Source: Candidatus Omnitrophota bacterium (lineage in GTDB: Bacteria > Omnitrophota > Gorgyraeia > Zapsychrales > JAHFFX01). Taken from it: DNA of 64,000 nt. The notes beneath the pieces are model-generated. The model was not told the DNA's origin. It saw only the letters and a list, made by a program, of their open reading frames with translations, and searched no databases. This document shows positions 1 through 9,043 of this stretch, piece after piece. The first letter of the stretch is position 1, and each line of letters starts with the position of its first letter. A program made the translations under genes and the position numbers. Where the stretch lies: contig JAHFFW010000002.1 of the NCBI GenBank assembly GCA_023247725.1, forward strand, positions 160 through 64,159, given 5' to 3'.

Positions 1-170
1 TTACGACCCAGAAGTCCTGCATCCTTCTGATCTCCCCGATTCCAAAAAGCAGCACTATATCTTCGTCAGCCCCACCTGCTTCGTCATCAAAAAACGCTGG
101 CAGTTAGACGACGAGACTCCGCCCCAACCGTAAAATTGATTTTGAATGTGTTTTCTTGCAAGCGATTGAT

Positions 171-2198
171 TCAGCGGCGAACCGCACCCAGGCGGTCAAT
201 AAGCTCCCGGCAGATTTTCTCGTGGGCGGCGGTGACTTCTTCTTCGCGCAACGTGCGGCGGGCCGATTGATAAACGAGAGAGAAAACGATCCCGCGCTGG
301 CCGGCGGGAATTTTTTCCCCGATATACTCTTCCAGAAAATGCACCGCGTGCAGGAATTCCACCTTCTGTTGGGCGATCAGCTCCTCGACGCGGGAAAAAG
401 GGATATCTTTTCTGACAGCCAAACTCACATCGCGGACGACCGCGGGAAATTCCGGCAGCGGCTGAAAACGCCCCGGAGGCTGAATCTGCTGGAATACTTT
501 TCCAAGATCCAGGCCGACAAAATAAACATCGCGATGCTTGATGTCCCAGTGACTGAGGACTTTTGGCGAGACTTTACCGACGATACCGACCGCCTCCGCG
601 CCCATCTTCACTTGGGCCGCCAGGCCATTGTGCAAAAAAGGAATCGTGTCCGCCGCAAACTGGGGTGCTTGTATCCTCAATGCCTGTAAAACGCATTCCA
701 GGGCGCCTTTCATATCAAAAAAATCAATCTCTCTTTTGGGACTTTCGCGCCAATCCTGTTGCCTTGCTCCCGTCGCCAGGATGCCCAGGGTTTCCCTTTC
801 TCCGGTCGGGAGATAACGTTTCCCGAGCTCAAAGATCCGGATGGTCCTTTGCCCGCGGTTGAGATTGGTTTGCAAAACCGCCAGCAGACTCGGTAACAGC
901 GAAGGACGCAGGATTTCCTGCTCCTTGGAAAGCGGATTTTGGATTTTGACGGTTCCGTCGATCGGAATGAGCGTCTTTTCCAGATCGCTACGGCTGACCA
1001 TAGAAAAAGTGATCGCTTCATCAAAGCCCAAACCTAACAACGTCTGGGCCACGATTTTCTTTCGGTCCCGTGCGGGCGAGTGTGGGATCGAAGAAGCTCT
1101 GAGCATCGGCAAGGACGATGGAAGTTTATCATAACCATAAACCCGGGCCACTTCCTCAATAAGATCGACCGGTTGTTTAAGATCGGCACGGAAACTGGGC
1201 GGAGTGATCTTGAATTGTTTGCCGGCCGCCGCAGCGCGGCAGCCGAGTTTTTGCAAAATCGTTTTGATCCGGGCGGCGGGGATTTCACCACCGAGGCGGT
1301 TGGCGATTTCGTCCGCGGAAATTTTAATCATCGGCGGCGTCTTCGCAACAGGGCCGGCTTTGATATCGTTAAAAGCAGCTATCTTCCCGCCGGCGTTTTT
1401 TGCGATCAGTTGCAGCGCCCGCAGAGCGCCAGTTTCCACCGTCGAGAAATCTACCCCGCGTTCAAAACGATACGACGAATCGCTGCTCAATCCGAGCTTA
1501 CGACTGCTCAAGCGGATCAGAATCGGATCAAAGTACGCGCTTTCCAAAAGGATATTCTTCGTTTGCGCTGAAACCTCAGTCTCTTTGCCACCCATGATGC
1601 CGGCGATCGCGACCGGACGCCGTGCGTCGGCGATGACGAGGACCGAAGGGTCAAGGATTCGCTCCACGGCATCGATCGTTACAATCTTTTCACCTGCCTT
1701 CGCCCGGCGGACCACGATTTTCCCTCCAATGAGCTTGTCATAATCAAAGGCGTGCAGGGGTTGGCCCCATTCCATTAAACAGAAATTGGTGATATCAACG
1801 ACACTATTAATGGACCTAGCGCCAATCGAATGCAGTTTTTGACTAAGCCACGCCGGTGAGTCTTTGATCGAAAGGTTATTGATGATAACGCCGATGTAAC
1901 GGGAACAGTCTTTTTTATCTTCCAGGTTAATATCTGTTTTCCTAGGCGGGAATTTTATCGCCTTAACGGAAGGAGTTTTGAGGGGCTTATTTGAAACCGC
2001 TGCGATATCCCGGGCACAACCGATATAACTCAAGCAATCGGGCCGATTGGGAGTCACCTCAACTTCGAACATGGTGTCGTTCTGGATCTCATATTGTTTT
2101 TCTACGCCAAGACCCAGCCTATTGAGGAGCTGGCCTAACCTCTCCGGGGAAATCTTACCATCGACGTATTCTTGCAGCCATTGTAAACTGATTTTCAT
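171..2198 (-). CDS. pheT: Phenylalanine--tRNA ligase beta subunit (short form lacking the B2 OB domain)
   Basis: EVTPNRPDCLS, GQPLHAFD, RFERGVD, DLIEEVARVYGY and C-terminal FDX-ACB motifs. Confidence 0.97.
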   Translation of the reverse strand: MKISLQWLQEYVDGKISPERLGQLLNRLGLGVEKQYEIQNDTMFEVEVTPNRPDCLSYIGCARDIAAVSNKPLKTPSVKAIKFPPRKTDINLEDKKDCSRYIGVIINNLSIKDSPAWLSQKLHSIGARSINSVVDITNFCLMEWGQPLHAFDYDKLIGGKIVVRRAKAGEKIVTIDAVERILDPSVLVIADARRPVAIAGIMGGKETEVSAQTKNILLESAYFDPILIRLSSRKLGLSSDSSYRFERGVDFSTVETGALRALQLIAKNAGGKIAAFNDIKAGPVAKTPPMIKISADEIANRLGGEIPAARIKTILQKLGCRAAAAGKQFKITPPSFRADLKQPVDLIEEVARVYGYDKLPSSLPMLRASSIPHSPARDRKKIVAQTLLGLGFDEAITFSMVSRSDLEKTLIPIDGTVKIQNPLSKEQEILRPSLLPSLLAVLQTNLNRGQRTIRIFELGKRYLPTGERETLGILATGARQQDWRESPKREIDFFDMKGALECVLQALRIQAPQFAADTIPFLHNGLAAQVKMGAEAVGIVGKVSPKVLSHWDIKHRDVYFVGLDLGKVFQQIQPPGRFQPLPEFPAVVRDVSLAVRKDIPFSRVEELIAQQKVEFLHAVHFLEEYIGEKIPAGQRGIVFSLVYQSARRTLREEEVTAAHEKICRELIDRLGAVRR

Positions 2199-2758
2199 CT
2201 CTGTCGAACCATTTCTTTTTCATGGCAGGTCTTTTCCGCTTGGATCAATCGCCGAATGTGATCGTTGATTTCTTCCTGCCGACGCGAGACGGGGCCTTCG
2301 AGAAACCAAACAATATTCATGTCCCCAATCCATTCGGGCCTGACCGCAGCCGTGCCGCGCCAATCGCCCTCATAAAAAATAATCCTTAGATAAATCCCAT
2401 CCTCGGAAAATTTTTTAATTGATTTAGGATTCCCGCCTTTTTTGCACTCTTTAGGCCAGTTAGCTTTTCCACACTCAAGGTTAGGAATATATTCTGGATT
2501 CGGAACATAGGTCATTCCCCGAGCATATTCCAATTCAAACCAGAAATGCTCTTCGATTTCACTCTGCTGAATTTTAGCCGTTGTCTCAACTTCTTTAAAC
2601 TCCGGGAAGTGGGTTTTAAGGGCTTTAATTTCGTCAATGATCTTTTGGGCAATCGGAAGATATTGTTGCTTGAATTCGGAACCGGCAAAAACTTCTGATG
2701 AAGAAGCAAAATGCAAACAAAGGACGGCCCAAACGATGATCGATAATACTCTTTGCAT
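2195..2758 (-). CDS. Hypothetical secreted protein
   Basis: 187-aa ORF with N-terminal signal peptide; overlaps pheS stop and pheT start. Confidence 0.75.
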   Translation of the reverse strand: MQRVLSIIVWAVLCLHFASSSEVFAGSEFKQQYLPIAQKIIDEIKALKTHFPEFKEVETTAKIQQSEIEEHFWFELEYARGMTYVPNPEYIPNLECGKANWPKECKKGGNPKSIKKFSEDGIYLRIIFYEGDWRGTAAVRPEWIGDMNIVWFLEGPVSRRQEEINDHIRRLIQAEKTCHEKEMVRQR

Positions 2759-3792
2759 TAGAATTGTTTCAAGAATCGTAAATCGTTCTCGAAAAAAAGC
2801 CGAATATCCGAAATCCCATGCTTGAGCATGGCCAGGCGCTCCACGCCCATTCCGAAAGCCAATCCGGTATATTTTCCTTTCGGATATCCGACGGCTTCAA
2901 ACACTTTCGGATGCACCAACCCGCAGCCCATGACCTCAAGCCAGCCTTTTTTCTTGCACACCGAACATCCTTTCCCGTCGCATAAATAACAAGAAATGTC
3001 CACATCGGCGGAAGGCTCCGTAAACGGGAAAAAGTGAGGGCGTAACCGCAATCGAATTTTTTCTCCAAAAAGATGTCGACAGAAAGTCTCTAGCATGCCT
3101 TTTAAATCCGAAAATTTCACATTGTCATCGACGAGTAATCCTTCGATCTGGTGAAACATAAAGCAATGACTGGCATCGACTGCATCGGGTCGATAGACCC
3201 GCCCCGGGATAACGACCGCCAATGGAGGTCTATACTTTTTCATAACGTGAATTTGCCCGGGCGAAGTATGGCTGCGCAGCAAAAGATATCGTCCGGGATT
3301 CTGGGGGTCGGGGACATCGAGATAAAAAGTGTCGAAGGCATCACGGGCCGGATGATCGACCGGAATATTGAGCGCGGTGAAATTGTTGAATTCGTTTTCG
3401 ATTTCAGGCCCTTCTTCGACGACGAACCCGAGGCGTTCAAAAATCGTACATATTTCATCGATCGTTTGGGTCAAAATGTGCGGCCGCCCCAAAGGAAAGC
3501 TAACGCCAGGCAAAGAGACATCGAGGGCCTTCACCTCAGACTTCTCTTGGGACCTTAATTCTGTTTGCTTAGTCTGTAAAAGACCGGTCACCAAATCCTT
3601 TAGCTCATTAGCACCTTTACCTATGCGAGGTTTTTCTTCAGCGGAACTACCGGCGAGACTGGAATAGATTTGCGCGATGAGCCCTTTACGGCCCAAATAT
3701 TTTTGCCGGATGGCTTCTAGGACCGGGAGACTATTGGCCTGGGCGATCTGGGTTTGGGCACTGACCTCAAGGGCTTTAAAATCCCATGACAT
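2758..3792 (-). CDS. pheS: Phenylalanine--tRNA ligase alpha subunit
   Basis: LLRSHTSPGQ, FHQIEGL, FPFTEPS, AFGMGVERL motifs. Confidence 0.98.
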   Translation of the reverse strand: MSWDFKALEVSAQTQIAQANSLPVLEAIRQKYLGRKGLIAQIYSSLAGSSAEEKPRIGKGANELKDLVTGLLQTKQTELRSQEKSEVKALDVSLPGVSFPLGRPHILTQTIDEICTIFERLGFVVEEGPEIENEFNNFTALNIPVDHPARDAFDTFYLDVPDPQNPGRYLLLRSHTSPGQIHVMKKYRPPLAVVIPGRVYRPDAVDASHCFMFHQIEGLLVDDNVKFSDLKGMLETFCRHLFGEKIRLRLRPHFFPFTEPSADVDISCYLCDGKGCSVCKKKGWLEVMGCGLVHPKVFEAVGYPKGKYTGLAFGMGVERLAMLKHGISDIRLFFENDLRFLKQF

Positions 3793-3814
3793 GAACGTTA
3801 TCCTTTAAAACCAA

Positions 3815-3849
3815 AATCCCAAACCGGCTTAAAGGCCCGATTTGGGATT
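3815..3849 (-). terminator. Stem-loop between rplT and pheS
   Basis: AATCCCAAA-CGG...CCG-TTTGGGATT inverted repeat, T-rich tail on minus strand. Confidence 0.5.
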
Positions 3850-3886
3850 CAGGTCGACGGCATGATTAAAAAATCGAATAAAATTT

Positions 3887-4270
3887 CTATTTGGCGGATT
3901 TGTTGACAGCCGCGACCGGGCGGGCTTCTTGCGCCATTTGCACTAGCCTTTTAAAGGCAACCGGAGAGTTAACCGCCAATTCTGCCATCATCTTTCGATT
4001 GATTCCGACCTTGGCTTCTTGCAGGCCTTTGATAAAACGACTGTACGAGATTCCCGATTCTCGACAAGCGGCATTGATCCGAATGATCCAAAGGCTGCGC
4101 AACTCTCTTTTGCGGACCTTCCGATCGCGGTACGCGTAGACCATCGCTTTCATAAGCGATCGGCGAGCCTGCTGATAGCGTCGGCTCTTTTGACCAAACT
4201 GGCCCTTGGCCTGTTTGAGCACCCTTTTCTTCCGTCGGTGAGTCGAAACCGAATGTTTGATTCTAACCAT
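3887..4270 (-). CDS. rplT: 50S ribosomal protein L20
   Basis: YAYRDRKVRKRELRSLWIIRINAA. Confidence 0.98.
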   Translation of the reverse strand: MVRIKHSVSTHRRKKRVLKQAKGQFGQKSRRYQQARRSLMKAMVYAYRDRKVRKRELRSLWIIRINAACRESGISYSRFIKGLQEAKVGINRKMMAELAVNSPVAFKRLVQMAQEARPVAAVNKSAK

Positions 4271-4460
4271 AAGGCATAATCCTCCTGATCACTTTCGCCG
4301 AAGCGGCCGTAAGATAGCCGGGTTGACGCAGATGCCGTTTGCGTTTCCGGGCTTTTTTGCCCAGAATGTGGCCTCGACCGGCATTTCGTTTCTTAATCTT
4401 TCCTTTTTTCGTAAACCGGAAACGCTTGGCCGCGGCCCGATTCGTCTTGAGTTTGGGCAT
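4263..4460 (-). CDS. rpmI: 50S ribosomal protein L35
   Basis: MPKLKTNRAAAKRF; between infC and rplT. Confidence 0.97.
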   Translation of the reverse strand: MPKLKTNRAAAKRFRFTKKGKIKKRNAGRGHILGKKARKRKRHLRQPGYLTAASAKVIRRIMPYG

Positions 4461-4462
4461 GT

Positions 4463-5044
4463 TTATTTCCTTTCTCCACTTTCACTGGCAAGGCTGGCGG
4501 CTTCTTTGTCGGGCTCTGCCGGCTGATGCTTTTTTTCCGAACGCGGACCAATCACCACCGACATGACGCGGCCTTCTAGCATCGGATTGCCTTCGGCGGT
4601 ACCGTAATGATTCAAATCGGCAATGATCCTTTCCAAGACCTGCCGACCCTGTTCCTTAAAAGACATTTCCCGGCCGCGAAAAAACATGTTGACCTTCACC
4701 TTATCTTTTTTCCCCAGGAAAGAAATGGCCTGGCGGATTTTCACCTGGTAATCATGCTCGTCAATGTGAGGCTTAAAGCGAATCTGTTTCAAATGCGTGA
4801 TCCGCTGGTTCTTTTTGACTCGGCGTTCCTTTTTTTCCTGATCATATTTATATTTGCTAAAATCCATGATGCGGCAGACCGGAGGCTTGCCGTTGGGAGA
4901 AACCTCGACGAGGTCGAGACCATTTTCTTCCGCCAACTCTAGGGCTCTTTTTAAAGCCACGACCCCCAATTGTTCGGAATCAGGTCCAATGACGCGCACT
5001 TCCAAAGCCTTAATACGGTAATTGACACGGATGTTTTTCTGAAT
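4463..5044 (-). CDS. infC: Translation initiation factor IF-3 (probable ATT start)
   Basis: LDLVEVSP..PPVCRIMD, FRGRE motifs; SD AGGAGGT (5058-5052) lies 7 nt before an in-frame ATT at 5044. Confidence 0.95.
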   Translation of the reverse strand: MQKNIRVNYRIKALEVRVIGPDSEQLGVVALKRALELAEENGLDLVEVSPNGKPPVCRIMDFSKYKYDQEKKERRVKKNQRITHLKQIRFKPHIDEHDYQVKIRQAISFLGKKDKVKVNMFFRGREMSFKEQGRQVLERIIADLNHYGTAEGNPMLEGRVMSVVIGPRSEKKHQPAEPDKEAASLASESGERK

Positions 5045-5066
5045 ATGAACCACCTCCTGGCCAAAA

Positions 5067-6797
5067 CTACTTTTTTTGTTCGATTTCCGCTGTTAGGTTC
5101 GAGAGGAATTCTTTCAAGGGTATGCTTCCCTGATCACCCACTCCTCTTTTTCGGACAGCGACCCCGCCTTTGGTCATTTCCTTATCCCCGACAATGAGGA
5201 GATAGGGAATCTTTTTGATGATTCCTTCACGGATGCGCTTATTGAGCGTCTCATGACTGTCGTCCATTATAACCCTGACGTTAACTTGTTGTAAATCTTG
5301 TTTTACCTTTTGCGCATAGGAGCGATGCTCGCTGCGAAAAGGAATGATCATGGCCTGGACTGGTGATAGCCACGTCGGAAATGCGCCACCGTAATGTTCA
5401 ATGAGGGTGCCCATAAATCGCTCGATGCTTCCCAGAATGGCTCGGTGAAGCATGATCGGACGCCGGGATTCCCCGGCTTCATTAATATAGGTAAGATCAA
5501 AGCGGACAGGCAAAAAGAGATCACACTGGATCGTCGCGCATTGCCAAGCCCGGCCTAAGGCGTCCTTCAATTTGATATCAATCTTGGGACCATAAAAAGC
5601 CCCCTCGCCGGCATTGACCAAATACGGTAAATTCTTTTCCTTTAGAGATTCTTCCAGGGCTTGGGTGGCTGTATCCCAATCCTGCGGGCTGCCTATATAT
5701 TTCTCGGGCCGGGTGCTCAATTCGACCTCAAGATCCTGAAATCCAAAATCCTTCATCGTTGCAAAGACAAAATCCATGACATCCATGACTTCCGTTTTGA
5801 TTTGGTCCGGACGGCAAAAGATATGCGCATCATCTTGAGTGAACCCGCGGACCCGCAAAAGACCATGGAGAACGCCGGCCTTTTCTTGACGGTAAACCGT
5901 GCCTAATTCAAAAAACCTGACTGGTAAATCGCGGTAGGATCGCAACCTTGATTTGTAGATGAGCATGTGGCCGGGACAATTCATTGGTTTTATGACATAT
6001 TCTTCTTCATCCACTTTGAAATAATACATGTGTTCGCGATAATGTTGTGCATGACCGCTTTGTTCCCAAAGCTTCCCCTTGAGCAGGTGAGGAGTCATGA
6101 CGAACTCGTAACCGCGTTTCAGATGCTGCTCGCGAATGTAGTCTTCGATGGTTTTTCGCAGCATGGCTCCGTTCGGATGATAGAAAACCAAACCAGCGCC
6201 AGCGGTTTCATGATAAATATTAAAAAGATCGAGGGCCACGCCAAGTTTTCGGTGATCGCGCTGCTGAGCCTCCTCCAGCATTTTAAGGAATCCGTCGAGC
6301 TCTTTTTGAGAAAAGAAGGCCGTCCCATAAATCCGTTGCAACATGGGATTTTTCTCATCTCCGCGCCAATAAGCCCCTGCGACTGATAATAATTTAAAGG
6401 CCTTGATCTGCCCAGCGTCTGCGACGTGCGGGCCTTTGCAAAGATCAAACCATTCATCACCGGTTTTAAAAATGGACACTTCGGGATCGGGAAGCCGTTC
6501 GATGATTTCGACCTTGTAATCTTCCTTCATTTTTTTGAAAAGGTCGATGGCTTCCTGGCGGGGCATAAAGGATTGGGTGAATTTCGGTTTGCGATTGATG
6601 ATCTCCTGCATCACCTTTTCAATCTTGGCCAAATCCTCGTCGGTAAAGGGCTCTTTCTTATCGAAATCGTAATAAAATCCGCTTTCGATGGCCGGACCGA
6701 TGGTCACTCTGACGTCCGGCCATAATTTCTGGACGGCTTCGGCCATGATGTGGGAGCAGCTGTGGCGTAGCTTATCTAACTCAGTTTTGTATTCCAT
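5067..6797 (-). CDS. thrS: Threonine--tRNA ligase (no N-terminal TGS domain)
   Basis: RHSCSHIMA, DLCKGPH, RDHRKLG, KPMNCP, AFYGPKID; start moved to ATG 6797 because the longer ORF overlaps a tRNA. Confidence 0.97.
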   Translation of the reverse strand: MEYKTELDKLRHSCSHIMAEAVQKLWPDVRVTIGPAIESGFYYDFDKKEPFTDEDLAKIEKVMQEIINRKPKFTQSFMPRQEAIDLFKKMKEDYKVEIIERLPDPEVSIFKTGDEWFDLCKGPHVADAGQIKAFKLLSVAGAYWRGDEKNPMLQRIYGTAFFSQKELDGFLKMLEEAQQRDHRKLGVALDLFNIYHETAGAGLVFYHPNGAMLRKTIEDYIREQHLKRGYEFVMTPHLLKGKLWEQSGHAQHYREHMYYFKVDEEEYVIKPMNCPGHMLIYKSRLRSYRDLPVRFFELGTVYRQEKAGVLHGLLRVRGFTQDDAHIFCRPDQIKTEVMDVMDFVFATMKDFGFQDLEVELSTRPEKYIGSPQDWDTATQALEESLKEKNLPYLVNAGEGAFYGPKIDIKLKDALGRAWQCATIQCDLFLPVRFDLTYINEAGESRRPIMLHRAILGSIERFMGTLIEHYGGAFPTWLSPVQAMIIPFRSEHRSYAQKVKQDLQQVNVRVIMDDSHETLNKRIREGIIKKIPYLLIVGDKEMTKGGVAVRKRGVGDQGSIPLKEFLSNLTAEIEQKK

Positions 6798-6835
6798 AAA
6801 AAATTGCGGTCGTCGGCACGTCCACCAACTTAATC

Positions 6836-6912
6836 TGGTGGACCCAAGAGGACTCGAACCTCTGACCTTCTCCATGTCAAGGAGACACTCTAACCAGCTG
6901 AGCTATGGGTCC
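6836..6912 (-). tRNA. tRNA-Val(GAC)
   Basis: GGACCCA acceptor, TCTCC-TTGACAT-GGAGA anticodon arm, GGTTCGAGTCC T-arm, encoded CCA. Confidence 0.97.
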
Positions 6913-6978
6913 ACAATATTCAGACCAAGTCGGCGCTGCACCAACTTCCACAAAATCTTTAAGGAAAGTTGGTGGACG

Positions 6979-7140
6979 CCTTTTCCATGTCAAGTCCCGA
7001 CGCTTTCTATATTGCTTTATGGTAGTCGGGATCCCGACTTCAACAAAACATTCCAGAAAGCGTCGGGAGAAACGCTCTAACCCCCGCCGCAAAACATGGC
7101 GGGTCTCCGCCAAGCTTTTTGGCGGAAACTGAGCTACGGA
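6979..7140 (-). pseudogene. Degenerate tRNA-Val(GAC) 5' portion interrupted by two palindromic inserts
   Basis: Removing 6995-7068 and 7083-7126 gives TAGCTCAGTTGGTTAGAGCG-TTTCC-TTGACAT-GGAAA-AGG; no intact T-arm. Confidence 0.75.
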
Positions 7141-7150
7141 TACATCAATC

Positions 7151-7687
7151 TTAATTGATTTTAATAGAACTAATGATGGCTTTGGCTTGTGGCAAAAAAG
7201 TTTCAAATTTATCTTGCTGGGCTGTGTATGTCACCAGGTAAGCCTTATTGTTTTGAATTGCCCAAACACCCAGATATTTTAATGAAAGCTGGGCCTGCTT
7301 TGAAGAATAAATCATCGCCTTGGCCGGAAGGCCGGACAAGGTAAAATCCTCGATATTGAAAACTTTCCCCTCTGGTAGAAGCGTCTTGATCTGATTTTCG
7401 GAAAGCTTTGTATAATCCTCAAGCGTCATCGGACTTGCACTTAAATCCTGAATGATCACATTCACATTCTCTTGAAAAACATCCTCCACTGACTCTCGCG
7501 GCGCAAGGACGGCAATCACGACACCGACGCCCATAGCGTTTTCCCGTTTTTGCCAGTCCGACGGGTACTGAAGCGAAATTCCGGCGGAGGGATTTTGAAA
7601 GGCGACGGTCGTTTCCTCGGCCGAAACCAATAAAATTGGAGTAAAAACCAAGGTCGAAATTACCATGATTGCAAAATTTTTTTTCAT
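7151..7687 (-). CDS. Secreted PsbP/Mog1-like (DcrB-related) protein
   Basis: Signal peptide; SLQYPSDW, ENVNV, KAYLVTYTA..F....IISSI pattern. Confidence 0.7.
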   Translation of the reverse strand: MKKNFAIMVISTLVFTPILLVSAEETTVAFQNPSAGISLQYPSDWQKRENAMGVGVVIAVLAPRESVEDVFQENVNVIIQDLSASPMTLEDYTKLSENQIKTLLPEGKVFNIEDFTLSGLPAKAMIYSSKQAQLSLKYLGVWAIQNNKAYLVTYTAQQDKFETFLPQAKAIISSIKIN

Positions 7688-7817
7688 AATAAGAACCCAT
7701 ATGGATCGGCTGCCAAAACAAAAATTTTTGACGAGCCTAATCTGCGCAGCAACATTCTATGCCACAGGGGACTGTTTCGGCGAAGCCCAAACACGAAAGT
7801 TTTTGAGCGAAGTAGAA

Positions 7818-7900
7818 TGGGCAAGGAGGGAGTCGAACCCTCACAGCCTTACGGCCAAAGGATTTTAAGTCCTTCGTGTATGCCATTCCACCACTTGCCC
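7818..7900 (-). tRNA. tRNA-Leu(TAA)
   Basis: GGGCAAG acceptor, AAGGA-CTTAAAA-TCCTT anticodon arm, long variable arm, GGTTCGACTCC; CCA not encoded. Confidence 0.96.
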
Positions 7901-7946
7901 GTCTTCGTTCAATTACTTGCGTGTTGAACGCCGGGCTTCCGACGAA

Positions 7947-7997
7947 GCCAATCCTGAGCGTAGTCGAAGGATTGGCCCTGAGCAGAGTCGAAGGGCC
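7947..7997. repeat. Tandem REP-like palindromes CCTGAGCnnAGTCGAAGG x2
   Basis: GCCAATCCTGAGCGTAGTCGAAGGATTGGC followed by CCTGAGCAGAGTCGAAGGGCC. Confidence 0.7.
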
Positions 7998-8097
7998 AAA
8001 CGCGAAAGCAATTCGGCGAAGGGGCCCGGGGTTAATATCTTTTAGAAACGTCGGGAGACTAAATAACGTTTTTGCCCCTGGCTTCTAAACCTCATTA

Positions 8098-8169
8098 AGG
8101 CGGCAATCGGAATCGAACCGATGAATAGCAGTTTTGCAGACTGCTGCCTTACCACTTGGCTATGCCGCC
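8098..8169 (-). tRNA. tRNA-Cys(GCA)
   Basis: GGCGGCA acceptor, GCAGT-CTGCAAA-ACTGC anticodon arm, GGTTCGATTCC. Confidence 0.96.
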
Positions 8170-8224
8170 AATATCGACGCTCAGGATGCCGAGCTTGACT
8201 ATAACAATCAAAAAGGCGAGCCAT

Positions 8225-8330
8225 AGACTGCTGCCTTATCCCGGAATTTTCTTAAAATACATTTTGGTCGTCGGAACTCCGACTTCCTTAATATCTTTCC
8301 TAGAAAACGTCGCAACCACTTGACTATGTC
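8225..8330 (-). pseudogene. Degenerate tRNA-Cys 5' half interrupted by a palindromic insert
   Basis: Plus strand AGACTGCTGCCTTA (8225-8238) + ~77-nt insert + CCACTTGACTATGTC (8316-8330), versus AGACTGCTGCCTTACCACTTGGCTATGCC in the intact gene. Confidence 0.7.
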
Positions 8331-8491
8331 TGCATTGAAACCATCAAAAGGCTTGTACACTCCATAACAATCACGCGATACAGGACTTCCTCGTTTGAGT
8401 TATTAAAAAGACGGAGTTCTACGATGGATCTTCAAAACAGTATCCCATTCGATAAGATTAATGAGGAATCCTCGTCGAAGAGCATATCGGA

Positions 8492-9043
8492 TTATTTCTC
8501 ATGAAGCAAGCGCACAACCGACTCAATGATGTTTTCAACATCCGCGAGATGACCTTCACCATAGACACCGCAGGCCAATTTGCCTTTAGTCGGATCAACA
8601 AACTTTATGCCATTTTTTTTCAGTTTTGCACAATTTTCTTGGACGGCAGGATTCTGGTACATGAGGTCATTCATGGCCGGAGCGATGCATAAAGGGGCTC
8701 GGGTTGCTAGGGCTACACACGTGAGAATATCGTCGGCAAAACCGTGGGCAAGCTTGGCAATGGTATTGGCAGTGGCTGGAGCGATCAGAAGACAATCAGC
8801 GGTTCTGGCTAATTCAATATGACCCATGGATGACCTTTCCTGTTCTCCATGAAACATATCCCTAAAAACTTCTTTTCCGGAAAGACAGGCGAGGGTCAGA
8901 GGCGTAATGAATTTTTCCGCCTCTTTGGTCATAATGACCGAAACTTGAAATCCTTTGTCCTGTAAACGCCGAATAATATCTCCGGCCCGGTAAGCCGCAA
9001 TACTTCCGGTCACACCTAAAACGATGTGTTTAGACCTGGACAC
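8492..9043 (-). CDS. coaC: Phosphopantothenoylcysteine decarboxylase (stand-alone CoaC flavoprotein)
   Basis: GVTGSIAAY, HIELA, IAPATANTIAK, APAMN..M, LACG..GEG. Confidence 0.9.
   Translation of the reverse strand: MSRSKHIVLGVTGSIAAYRAGDIIRRLQDKGFQVSVIMTKEAEKFITPLTLACLSGKEVFRDMFHGEQERSSMGHIELARTADCLLIAPATANTIAKLAHGFADDILTCVALATRAPLCIAPAMNDLMYQNPAVQENCAKLKKNGIKFVDPTKGKLACGVYGEGHLADVENIIESVVRLLHEK

Noticed and set aside
6798-6875. Longer thrS N-terminus in the ORF track
   Set aside because: Overlaps the intact tRNA-Val gene; ATG 6797 is the plausible start
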